Shown: positions 45,963 to 54,376 of the stretch, piece by piece | Layout of the letters: each line of letters starts with the position of its first letter | Position numbering within the stretch: the first letter of the stretch is position 1 | Notes under the pieces: model-generated | Seen by the model: only the letters and a program-made list of their open reading frames with translations | Told to the model about the DNA's origin: nothing | The model's database searches: none | Virus record (IMG/VR): IMGVR_UViG_3300045974_000588 | Direction: 5' to 3' (one strand) | Source of the DNA: an uncultured virus (IMG/VR IMGVR_UViG_3300045974_000588) | Taxonomy: Duplodnaviria; Heunggongvirae; Uroviricota; Caudoviricetes | DNA length: 56,394 nucleotides | Position numbers and translations under genes: made by a program

Positions 45963-46450
45963 GTTAAAATCCCACGATTCCTAAAGAAATCCAAAAACTG
46001 TCGAGTCTCTTCAGGGGCGTTTTCTAAGCCTTTTCGAATAACATTCCCTCGGCCCCAGTTATAAGCTGCTAGAGCTAATTCGTTGTCACCAAAGTGGCGG
46101 ATGTTCTTAGCCAAAGTTTCAGCTACATACTTAGCAGCCTCTACAGGGTTGTAGGGGTTTCCGCTAAACCCGCTTTGAGCAGCGGGCATGATCTGGAAAA
46201 GCCCCATTGCTCCTCGTTGAGATTTCGCTTTTGGATCGCCTTTCGATTCTTTCTCAATTAGATGCTTCAAGATTCCTTTCGGCAGCTTGTACATCTTCTC
46301 AAGAGCTGGCCCACCAACACGCTTATACCAATTCTCAGGAGAATCGGTTTGGAGTTGTTGGTGAATTACTGCTGGTACGGGCTTTGGCGGTGGCGGAAGT
46401 GCTGCTGGAGCACTCCGCCGTCTAAGCCTCGCCTGAACCCGAATCTTCAT
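45959..46450 (-). CDS. Soluble lytic transglycosylase (SLT) with MKIRVQARLRR leader
   Basis: ES.G.P.A.S..GAMGLFQIMP, ALAAYNWG.GNV, PEET; Pro-rich linker after leader. Confidence 0.92.
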   Translation of the reverse strand: MKIRVQARLRRRSAPAALPPPPKPVPAVIHQQLQTDSPENWYKRVGGPALEKMYKLPKGILKHLIEKESKGDPKAKSQRGAMGLFQIMPAAQSGFSGNPYNPVEAAKYVAETLAKNIRHFGDNELALAAYNWGRGNVIRKGLENAPEETRQFLDFFRNRGILT

Positions 46451-46828
46451 TTAGCAGCAACCTGGGCACTTCTTTTCGTTCTTCTCGGCGGTAAACATTC
46501 CACCACAAGCCTCACATTTGACTTGAGCGCTTGCTACGCCGATTGGCACATTTGCTACTTCTCGTGAATTGCTAACTAGTTTCTCTTTAGCTTCAGGAGT
46601 GATTGTAAAGACAATAGTCATTCCATGGTCATCAGCTACTAGGCGGATTTCCTTGCCATTGTGGCTAGGACGGATTCCGAATCTGGCACCGTAGCGAAGA
46701 GAAAAACTACGCTTACCGTTACGGGTCACAAGCTCGAGAGCCTCTCTTGAATCGTATACGTACCAAGTGTAGAATTCCTCACCCTTGATGAGGGCTGTTC
46801 TAAGGTTTGCTTTAACTCTAAGGCGCAT
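46451..46828 (-). CDS. Hypothetical protein with MRLRVKANLRT leader and C-terminal zinc ribbon
   Basis: Start re-placed to ATG 46828 after AAGGAG; CEAC...CPGC. Confidence 0.7.
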   Translation of the reverse strand: MRLRVKANLRTALIKGEEFYTWYVYDSREALELVTRNGKRSFSLRYGARFGIRPSHNGKEIRLVADDHGMTIVFTITPEAKEKLVSNSREVANVPIGVASAQVKCEACGGMFTAEKNEKKCPGCC

Positions 46829-47072
46829 TTCTTCTCCTTTGTTCTGGGGATGGTTTTTGTTTAGCAAGGTAGTAAAATGGGATCTTTGGGATACTAGCGT
46901 TCATGCCTTTCTGTTTTGGATCTGTACACTTGAGCCATGCAAGTTGTTCATCTTTGTCTACTTCAGTTACTCGGTAAGACAAACCATTCAAACTATAGAT
47001 GACGATGTCATCGGGATTGAATACTTTTTTCGATTTCTTAGTCGTCGACACGGACAGGTCCTGAGGAAACAC
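46818..47072 (-). CDS. Small hypothetical SH3-like protein
   Basis: F..DDIV......YRVTEVD pattern; fills gap in minus-strand run; start uncertain. Confidence 0.45.
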   Translation of the reverse strand: MFPQDLSVSTTKKSKKVFNPDDIVIYSLNGLSYRVTEVDKDEQLAWLKCTDPKQKGMNASIPKIPFYYLAKQKPSPEQRRRNAP

Positions 47073-47463
47073 TTACAGGAGCAGGAATTGCCCCATCACT
47101 TTTAACCTTAGCAACTTTTTGAGTGTCTTTGGCTTTAGCGACAGCCAAGGTATCCATATCTGCTGAAGTATCAATCTTAGAATCTGGCTTTCTGTAACCA
47201 ACCAGCACTAGAGTGGTGTACATTCCAGTCAAGATTGCGTAAACTGAAACTACATCATAATCTAGCGCGATGCCCGATTTAATTGAAGCTGCTAAAGCAT
47301 TTGTAAGTTTGATCAAGCAGTAAGAGACAACAAAGAAGCCTCCCACAAACACAAAACGCTTGCTGCTTGTTCCACTTCCCGTACGAAACATGCTACTGAA
47401 AAAGTTACGGATAGCTTCTAAGGTGAAAATCTTTCTAAGCGCTTCTTTAAATGTTTCCCACAT
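47038..47463 (-). CDS. Two-TM membrane protein, holin candidate
   Basis: SSKR followed by two hydrophobic segments and charged tail; near SLT gene. Confidence 0.5.
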   Translation of the reverse strand: MWETFKEALRKIFTLEAIRNFFSSMFRTGSGTSSKRFVFVGGFFVVSYCLIKLTNALAASIKSGIALDYDVVSVYAILTGMYTTLVLVGYRKPDSKIDTSADMDTLAVAKAKDTQKVAKVKSDGAIPAPVSVSSGPVRVDD

Positions 47464-47518
47464 AAGATCTCCCCACTATCAATTGTAACAGGTCTTGCCA
47501 CAATTGATATGAGAAGGA

Positions 47519-48283
47519 TTATGATAGGTTCTCGAAGGATTTAAGAATCTTGCGAAGACTTGTTAGCTTAGCGAACACATTGTTTGTAGACGCTACCATC
47601 GCTGAAGCTTTGCAAACTTTATCCAACTGTGCTGAAGTGAATGATTTATCGTTAACTTCTATGTAGCCACGTTGAACTGAATAGTGAGCTTCTTTCAAAC
47701 CTGTCCACTTAAACTGTTCTAGGAGGTCAGCTCTTAGCGCATTGGCGGTATGAACTGAAGGCCCCATGTGAATCAACTCTGTTACGCCATCCTGATTGTA
47801 GAGGACTGTCGAAACACCATTTTCTGGAAATGTTAAGAAGTATCCGTTTGAGCCCTTCTCCGCGAAACACTCGAGCTTCTTGGGAGCCTTGATTCGAAAG
47901 TTGTAAAGAAGAAGCGCGTGACTGGCAAGCTTACGGTGAGACGAAGTTAAACCTAGATCGTCAATCAAACTAGCGTAGTGATTTAGATCGCTCTGCTCCC
48001 AGTGTGATAGATTAGTGGGAAGGAATTTGTAAGAAGCTTCCTCCAAATCTCTATGCCACTTAGCATTGAAATCAATCGTCAAAGACGGAATTTTGCCACT
48101 GAAGTCTGCTGTAATCACTTGATTTAAGCCGTACATTTCTAAAAGATTGCTTACGATACCGTTCTGAAATTCAATTCTTCTAAGGTCGGATCCAGTGCAG
48201 ACGAACAGTTGAGGCGTAGCTTCCAGAATGGATACATCCATCTTGAGGATTCGCTTGAAAAGACTATCTAAGAGTTCCCTCAT
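47519..48283 (-). CDS. Hypothetical protein
   Basis: Start placed at ATG after GAGGTG (MRELLDSL...). Confidence 0.6.
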   Translation of the reverse strand: MRELLDSLFKRILKMDVSILEATPQLFVCTGSDLRRIEFQNGIVSNLLEMYGLNQVITADFSGKIPSLTIDFNAKWHRDLEEASYKFLPTNLSHWEQSDLNHYASLIDDLGLTSSHRKLASHALLLYNFRIKAPKKLECFAEKGSNGYFLTFPENGVSTVLYNQDGVTELIHMGPSVHTANALRADLLEQFKWTGLKEAHYSVQRGYIEVNDKSFTSAQLDKVCKASAMVASTNNVFAKLTSLRKILKSFENLS

Positions 48284-48376
48284 TACACACCTCTTCCCAC
48301 ATAGTATAATGGCGAAATTCATGAATCTCCAGGAAAATATCAAGAAAGATAAAACGAGCTCAAAATCAGTCGTAGA

Positions 48377-49258
48377 ATGGTTATGGACGATGGAAGGATA
48401 ACTATGCCACGGACCTTGGTATCGATAATTTGCAACTCAGACCTTCTTAGGTACTACAAAAAATCTAAGCAGCTAAACTTTAAGTACAACGATTTAGAGA
48501 AGTTGTGCATAAAAAAGTTTTCGAATTGCTTTGGCTTGAAGAAATCAGAATCTACTTTTGAACCTGATATCTTCGTCACTATTTTTCATAACACAGCAGC
48601 TACTCGAAGCCTAGTTCATTCTTTAGCCAAGCACGGCGATGTTCATTTGAATCTTAGGTTCGACAAAGCTGGAGTCGGTCCACTAAATGAACACATGTCA
48701 AAAGCTATTGAGAATCTTTCAGAAGACTATGATGGTGTGATAATCGTAGGAATCAATGACAAGTGTGTAGAAGCTATCAAGAACTTACGAATTAAAAGAC
48801 CAAACCTTAGAATATTGGTAGTAGCTACAGAAGAGCATACAGACGAGCTAAAGAAACTATCAGATTCTAAGTTTACTGCACTTGCAGATAGACGAACAAT
48901 TTTCATAGATTCGATGTCTCTGATCGACAAGATAGCGGACTATGAAGCTAAGAAACAAGAAAAGATTGAAGCACTACCTAAAGACTCTCCAGAATTATAC
49001 TATCACCAAGCAAAAGAGACTAGAGAACGCTTAGCTTCTGAACTGGAAGCCATAATTGCTACTGAAGCTAGGTGGGCTTACCGCTACGCTAGAGACATTA
49101 TTGGTGGACCTTGGCCAGAAGCAGAACTCACCATTATGAATGATGTAGACTATTGTTGGAAGTATGGAAAGTACATTCTTAAATTGACCAAGAATTGCAC
49201 TAGCTGGAAATGGGATGCTTTGAAAGATTCAAAACTTGCTGTTGAAGAAATTTTCTAA
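48377..49258 (+). CDS. Hypothetical protein, possibly degenerate NYN/PIN-like fold plus WPEAE helical repeat
   Basis: DGVIIVG..D....I..L....RILVV....L..LSD..F pattern without the canonical acidic set; C-terminal AYRYA..IIGG.WPEAE..I. Confidence 0.4.
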   Translation: MVMDDGRITMPRTLVSIICNSDLLRYYKKSKQLNFKYNDLEKLCIKKFSNCFGLKKSESTFEPDIFVTIFHNTAATRSLVHSLAKHGDVHLNLRFDKAGVGPLNEHMSKAIENLSEDYDGVIIVGINDKCVEAIKNLRIKRPNLRILVVATEEHTDELKKLSDSKFTALADRRTIFIDSMSLIDKIADYEAKKQEKIEALPKDSPELYYHQAKETRERLASELEAIIATEARWAYRYARDIIGGPWPEAELTIMNDVDYCWKYGKYILKLTKNCTSWKWDALKDSKLAVEEIF

Positions 49259-49285
49259 GTTGAATTAAGAAGATTTCAAATACCC

Positions 49286-49316
49286 CTTGATAATTTCCCC
49301 TCCAAACCTATATTGA
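49286..49316 (+). promoter_or_regulatory. Sigma70-like promoter for rIIA
   Basis: TTGATA 49287-49292, 16 nt, AAACC-TATATT 49309-49314, then GAGGAGG RBS. Confidence 0.75.
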
Positions 49317-49332
49317 TAATTGAGGAGGAAAA

Positions 49333-51591
49333 ATGATCTATCCTGGTCAAGCGAAGGGACCCGAGCCCACCCAGTCACAGGGACTGATTACTACCAATTC
49401 GTTCTCTATTGCGGCGAACGAGAAGAGCTTCGAGCTCCTAACCTCGCGCCTTTACAAGGCTCCTATTCGCGCCATCGTGCGGGAACTTGCGTGTAACGCT
49501 TGGGATTCCCACGTGATGAGTGCTCAGGGTGACAGGCCCTTCAATGTCATGCTCCCCACGCATGGTGCTCCTACTTTTGTGGTTGAAGACTTCGGTCTTG
49601 GCCTTGACCACAACGATGTGATGCACCTCTACACGACCTGCTTCGAGAGCAACAAGAACCGCTCGAACGATCCGGTCGGTGCTCACGGGCTGGGTAGCAA
49701 GACGCCATTCTCCTTGGTGGATGTGTTCACGGTAGTTTCGACCTTCGAAGGGAAGCGTCGCATCTACTCCGCTTACCGAGAAAATCGGCTCCCTAAGATC
49801 TCGCTGATGAGTGAAGAGGACAAGGACGCCCCGAATGGACTTCGGGTTGAGATCACGGTTCCTCCTCGCTACTTCGCAGAGTTTCATCAGGAAGCCCGCC
49901 GAGTCCTGAAGTACATCACCCCTTCTGATATCGATGGTGGCTCCGCTACCCCAGTGGAATATGTTCAGTTCCGCAAAGATGCGAACGGAAAGCTCCTGTG
50001 GGGTATTCGTGCGGGTAAGAACAACGACGCGGGGACCGCGATGCAGGCCATTCAAGGCCCCGTTGCTTATCCGCTGGCCCTCCCTTACGAGCATCGCAAG
50101 GGTAACACTTATGCAGTCCTTGAGAACCTTGGGCTGGACATTTACTTCCCGATTGGCACGCTGGATGTGACCCTGTCTCGGGAAGAGCTTCACTACGAGC
50201 CCACTACGATCAAGAACATCAACACTAGGATTGATGAAGTCCTCAAGCAGATTGTGGAAGATGGTAAGGCGCTTATCTCGGCCGGGAAGAACGCTTGGGA
50301 GATGAACACGATTTACAACGAACTGACTGACCGGCTCCCCTACAAGGGAATGGTCGGAATGATCGCTGGTAAGTTCGGCCCCAACAACGATATCGAGGTA
50401 AGCAGCACCTTTGGCAAGGTCAGTTACGAAGCCAAGGATGTTGAAGCGTGGCCTTTTGGTCTCAACGATTTCAGTTGGCACCACACCTCCCGGAAGGGGA
50501 AGCACGTTAAGCGGCACACATTCGCTCCCAGATACGCCAAGGATTCCTTCGCATATGTTTGCGACAAGCATACGATCTTCCTTTACGACGACACGAAGAA
50601 CATCGGTGGCGCCATGGTCGAGCATTACATGGCCGCGAATCCGCTTATCAAGCACGCTTACCTCTTCCGCCCTCATCATCAGGCTGACCGACTCAATTCC
50701 GACCGCCTCAAGGTTGGTTTTGACAAGGCCGTGGAGATGCTCAAAGAAGTGAGTGCAGATGGCCTTCTCGTCAAGCTTTCCACTCTGGATGTCACGCTCC
50801 CGGAACGAGCTCGAGTGCAGCAGGAGCAGATGACCACAGTCTTCAAGCTGAATCCTGACTACTACAACACTAAGTGGAGTCTGGAGAAGGTTGAGTGGGG
50901 CAAGATCGATACCACAGTGAAGAAGTATTACTTCCCGATGTCGCACCACCAGATCATCCTCCCGGACCGCGAAACTCACGCTGATAACCTTGGCGGTGTT
51001 CTTAACCAGTGCATCAACTTGGAAATTCTTCCCAAGGGCGTGGCAGTTTACGGAATTCAGAAGACCAAGCGTCATCTCCTGGATGCCTCCTGGATCGACA
51101 TCACGGTGGAGCTGCCCAAGATGCTCCTGGCCATTCCCCTGGAAAAGCACGAAGAGTGGCAGCTTGGACTGGCCATCGCAGGAATCAAGGAAGATTACAG
51201 GAACTGGTTTAAGCGCGCTGGCACTCGTCTCCACAAGTTCGACAAGGACAGCTACTTCAGGACTTGCGTGGAGTTCTACAAGGCCAACGAGAAGGCAAAG
51301 GGCCGCACGATCAAAGACAGTTTCGATTTCTTCAAGCTGGACCTTCCCAAGGTTAAGATCAACCTCCCTTCGGACTTCGAGAGCAAGCTACTCAAGAACT
51401 ACCCGATGTTGGCCCAGGCCTTCCGAGGCTATTACGAGACTCGCAATGACACGATGCTGGAAGAGTACATTCGGGTCATGGACGCTGAGAAGACTCGCAA
51501 GAGCATTCGGAAGCTCATCGAACGTTCTTCTCGATTTCGCGACTTTTCTTTCAAACTCGGGGTTATTCAGAAGAAGCAGAAAAGTGCGTAA
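49333..51591 (+). CDS. rIIA: rIIA-like protein (N-terminal GHKL ATPase)
   Basis: LY..PIRAIVREL.CNAWDSH, DFGLGL, S.K..SND..G..GLGSK.PF, F.IG.LD...SREEL.Y; adjacent rIIB. Confidence 0.88.
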   Translation: MIYPGQAKGPEPTQSQGLITTNSFSIAANEKSFELLTSRLYKAPIRAIVRELACNAWDSHVMSAQGDRPFNVMLPTHGAPTFVVEDFGLGLDHNDVMHLYTTCFESNKNRSNDPVGAHGLGSKTPFSLVDVFTVVSTFEGKRRIYSAYRENRLPKISLMSEEDKDAPNGLRVEITVPPRYFAEFHQEARRVLKYITPSDIDGGSATPVEYVQFRKDANGKLLWGIRAGKNNDAGTAMQAIQGPVAYPLALPYEHRKGNTYAVLENLGLDIYFPIGTLDVTLSREELHYEPTTIKNINTRIDEVLKQIVEDGKALISAGKNAWEMNTIYNELTDRLPYKGMVGMIAGKFGPNNDIEVSSTFGKVSYEAKDVEAWPFGLNDFSWHHTSRKGKHVKRHTFAPRYAKDSFAYVCDKHTIFLYDDTKNIGGAMVEHYMAANPLIKHAYLFRPHHQADRLNSDRLKVGFDKAVEMLKEVSADGLLVKLSTLDVTLPERARVQQEQMTTVFKLNPDYYNTKWSLEKVEWGKIDTTVKKYYFPMSHHQIILPDRETHADNLGGVLNQCINLEILPKGVAVYGIQKTKRHLLDASWIDITVELPKMLLAIPLEKHEEWQLGLAIAGIKEDYRNWFKRAGTRLHKFDKDSYFRTCVEFYKANEKAKGRTIKDSFDFFKLDLPKVKINLPSDFESKLLKNYPMLAQAFRGYYETRNDTMLEEYIRVMDAEKTRKSIRKLIERSSRFRDFSFKLGVIQKKQKSA

Positions 51592-51596
51592 CCCCT

Positions 51597-51626
51597 CTTG
51601 ATATTTTCCACAGAAACATTACCATT
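51597..51626 (+). promoter_or_regulatory. Sigma70-like promoter for rIIB
   Basis: CTTGATA-16 nt-TACCAT, CCC-rich lead-in as at 49282 and on the minus strand at 36270. Confidence 0.55.
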
Positions 51627-51667
51627 GAATTAGGAAGCAATTAACAAACTTCCGGGGAGACAACAGA

Positions 51668-52696
51668 ATGGTCACTACTTCAAAAGTTCCCTTCGTGATC
51701 ACTACGAATAGCGCCGCTACGGTGATCAAGGGCAAGCCTTTCAGCATGGATGCGTCGCATCCCCTTTTCGGCAAGTTCACTTCGTGCCTCAAGAAGGGCG
51801 ACGTGGATGCCGTTGTTCGGATGCTCGACAATCAGGAAGAGATGATCAAGCTCCGGGTGGCGATGGCGAAGAGCGGCGCCGGCGGTGTGGTCGTCAAGAA
51901 TCGCTCGGTCTACTACAACGGCGAGATGATCGACAGCTCGCTCACCAACCACATGCTCAAGATGCTGGACGCTGGCGAGAACATCGACCCGATGCGCAAG
52001 TTCCTGTCCAACGTGATGCTCAACCCGTCGCAGACCGCGATCATGGAGCTCTACGATTGGGTCGTCAGCGGCAATTTCGCGATCACGACGGACGGTCACT
52101 TCCTGGCCTACAAGAAGGTCAAGCGTGGGGCGAACGGAAAGCTGGTTGACTGCTACACTGGCACGATCGACCACACTCCTGGCAAGAAGCCCGAGATGCC
52201 CCGCACGGCGGTCGATCCCGATCGGGACAATACCTGCTCTCGCGGCCTCCACTTCTGCTCGCGCAGTTACCTGTCGAACTACAGCGGCGACGTGGTTATC
52301 ATCGTCAAGGTGCATCCCGCCGATGTGATCGCCATCCCTTCCGACTACTCGAACACGAAGGGTCGCGCCTGCCAGTATGAAGTCCTGGCTGAATACGGCA
52401 AGGCCAAGGAAGTCGAGATGAAGGAGCTCTTCACGAAGCCGGTCATGCGCCCTGGCGATCTGCCCTTCGACAAGCACGGCAACAAGATCAAGAAGGTGGC
52501 GAAGAGCAAGGTCAAGACGCTTCCCACCAATCAGACCGCGAAGCAGAAGGCTGCGAAGCCCAAGCTGGTGACCAACAAGGTTCCCTCGAAGCCGAAGAAG
52601 GGCACCAGCTACTTCGACAACGTTCGCAAGTGCTTCAAGGTCTGGGATGGTCAGCGGTGGCGTCCCCGGAAGACGGATCCCAAGAAGGCGAAGTAA
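51668..52696 (+). CDS. rIIB: rIIB-like protein
   Basis: FL.N...NPS..A..ELY, IT.DG.FLAYK, MPR..VD.D...TCS.GLH.CS..Y, VKV.P.DV.AIP.DY...K.R.C.Y. Confidence 0.92.
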   Translation: MVTTSKVPFVITTNSAATVIKGKPFSMDASHPLFGKFTSCLKKGDVDAVVRMLDNQEEMIKLRVAMAKSGAGGVVVKNRSVYYNGEMIDSSLTNHMLKMLDAGENIDPMRKFLSNVMLNPSQTAIMELYDWVVSGNFAITTDGHFLAYKKVKRGANGKLVDCYTGTIDHTPGKKPEMPRTAVDPDRDNTCSRGLHFCSRSYLSNYSGDVVIIVKVHPADVIAIPSDYSNTKGRACQYEVLAEYGKAKEVEMKELFTKPVMRPGDLPFDKHGNKIKKVAKSKVKTLPTNQTAKQKAAKPKLVTNKVPSKPKKGTSYFDNVRKCFKVWDGQRWRPRKTDPKKAK

Positions 52697-52712
52697 GTAA
52701 CGGAACCATCAG

Positions 52713-52743
52713 GCGCCCATCCTTTGCGGGATGGGCGCTTTTT
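52713..52743 (+). terminator. Intrinsic terminator after rIIB
   Basis: GCGCCCATCC-TTTGCG-GGATGGGCGC-TTTTT. Confidence 0.85.
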
Positions 52744-52756
52744 CATTGGAGGAAGC

Positions 52757-52999
52757 ATGAGCAGCGAAGATGGAAAGCTCGAATCTGATGTCGAGAACAC
52801 CAGAATCGTTGGATCTTTTACTACAGCTCAAATTGGGAAATCCATTCTGTGGGAACCTTCCAACATACTTGCCACTGACAACTTTGGCCACACTTATCAG
52901 CTTTGGTATGACCGCTACACTCCTGAAGCACGAGAGTGGCGCCGATTGCCAGCTTTGGCAGACGCAATGCTTCAGTATCCTGGAACGGTAGTAGTATGA
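52757..52999 (+). CDS. Hypothetical protein
   Basis: ATG after GGAGG (MSSEDGK...). Confidence 0.55.
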   Translation: MSSEDGKLESDVENTRIVGSFTTAQIGKSILWEPSNILATDNFGHTYQLWYDRYTPEAREWRRLPALADAMLQYPGTVVV

Positions 53000-53463
53000 A
53001 CTTCAAAAATTCAGTTAATTTCATTGGTACTCCCACTTTTGTAGATGGGAGAGTTTTTCGTCCCGGAGATGTCTACCTGGATCAGAAAACTAACCTCATG
53101 ATGATCTATGATGGCTCTCGATGGTTACAGATGGCTAGCATGCCAACTTTGGATGACTCTGGAAAAATTCCCAATTCTAGGCTCCCGAAGTTTACTGGCG
53201 AGTATAAATGCACGCATTGTGCGGGTGTTTACCTCGCAGAGAAGCACACCAACTGCCCAAATTGCGCCGCTCCAAGATTGGTAACTTTACAAGATCTGAA
53301 GAAAGATGAAAACGTAGCTACCAAACGGTGGGCTGATCAGATAGCAATTCATTCTTTTGGAGCTGGAGGTAGTGGCGGAGCTGGATCTGGTGGGGCTTAC
53401 TATCCGGGATCTGGTGGCGGCGGTGGCGGCTATTGCCGAATTAGTTGTGGCGGGAATGGTTAG
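52996..53463 (+). CDS. Hypothetical protein: fibre-like GDxY motif, zinc ribbon, Gly-rich tail
   Basis: Start ATG 52996 (ATGA overlap); PGDVYLD...IYDG..W, CTHC..CPNC, GAGGSGG...GGGGGY. Confidence 0.55.
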   Translation: MNFKNSVNFIGTPTFVDGRVFRPGDVYLDQKTNLMMIYDGSRWLQMASMPTLDDSGKIPNSRLPKFTGEYKCTHCAGVYLAEKHTNCPNCAAPRLVTLQDLKKDENVATKRWADQIAIHSFGAGGSGGAGSGGAYYPGSGGGGGGYCRISCGGNG

Positions 53464-53483
53464 ATCTTTAAACGGGAGCATCT

Positions 53484-53711
53484 ATGATTCCATTCGATAA
53501 CATCAAGATCCATTTTGAAGCTAAGAAAGGCCAGCCAGTTGAAGTGGCCATTCAAGGAACGAAGTTCGTAGCAAACTGCCCAAATCCAAATCATCCAGAT
53601 AAGCATCCCAGTTGTGTTGGTGATCTTGGTACTGGCCACTACAAATGCTTAGAATGTGGAGCAGAAGGAACCGTTGAAATGGAACCCATCCCAACGCCAA
53701 CCCATTCTTAG
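53484..53711 (+). CDS. Stand-alone CHC2-type (primase) zinc-finger protein
   Basis: CP..NH.DK.PS......YKC..CG.EG matches the C-H-C-C primase zinc ribbon. Confidence 0.7.
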   Translation: MIPFDNIKIHFEAKKGQPVEVAIQGTKFVANCPNPNHPDKHPSCVGDLGTGHYKCLECGAEGTVEMEPIPTPTHS

Positions 53712-53772
53712 CAAATCCTGCCCCACACTGCCCGTACAACGGCTTTGAATCTCTTCTTAGGGTCATAGGTCC

Positions 53773-54192
53773 ATGGCACATCCCGTCTGGTTTACTTCCA
53801 TTGTATTAGGACTGTTATTCGTTGGGATGGGCTTTTGTATCCTGATGCTACACCGGAACAAGAAGGTTTTGGCTTGGCGACTCAGAGCGAATTCCCGCTG
53901 GTATTTTCATGCTGAGATGATCGGCGGCTTACTTGTTCAGTCTAGTAAGATGTGGGCTTACCGAACAGACCTCTTCCAGCAAGTTCTAAAAGAGAATTCA
54001 AAGTTTGCTCCAATGTTCCACGATCTTCCGTCATACGAAGCAATGATGTGGAATTTTAAAGCTTGGAATTATGAAGACGCTGTAGGAGACTACGAGAAAC
54101 GCCTAGCCGATCAGTTTGCAGTAGTTATGAATTTGATCAAAGAAGCAGAAGAACTAATTGAACCATTGAGGGCTTACTATGAATCAGAGTGA
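53773..54192 (+). CDS. Hypothetical protein with N-terminal TM
   Basis: Hydrophobic residues 5-25; LPSYEAMMW.F..W. Confidence 0.6.
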   Translation: MAHPVWFTSIVLGLLFVGMGFCILMLHRNKKVLAWRLRANSRWYFHAEMIGGLLVQSSKMWAYRTDLFQQVLKENSKFAPMFHDLPSYEAMMWNFKAWNYEDAVGDYEKRLADQFAVVMNLIKEAEELIEPLRAYYESE

Positions 54193-54376
54193 GCTACACT
54201 ACAGTTGTAAACTAGTAAAGATACCGGCTAAGACACCTTTGAAAATCTTTGGATTTAAGATTCCATTCTGTTACCGCAGTATTCAATTAGAAGTTAGCGA
54301 TGATGGAATCGCTGATTCACAACTTGAGGGAGAAGGAAATGGGGAAGCTTCGAACCGTAGGAACTGGGTCTGGTGA
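54179..54376 (+). CDS. Small hypothetical protein
   Basis: RBS GAGG; overlaps neighbours. Confidence 0.4.
   Translation: MNQSELHYSCKLVKIPAKTPLKIFGFKIPFCYRSIQLEVSDDGIADSQLEGEGNGEASNRRNWVW

Noticed and set aside
49438..51234. 598-aa antisense ORF within rIIA (also 51680-52477 within rIIB)
   Set aside because: Shadow ORFs expected from GC-rich third positions on the coding strand; no RBS, promoter or recognisable motifs.
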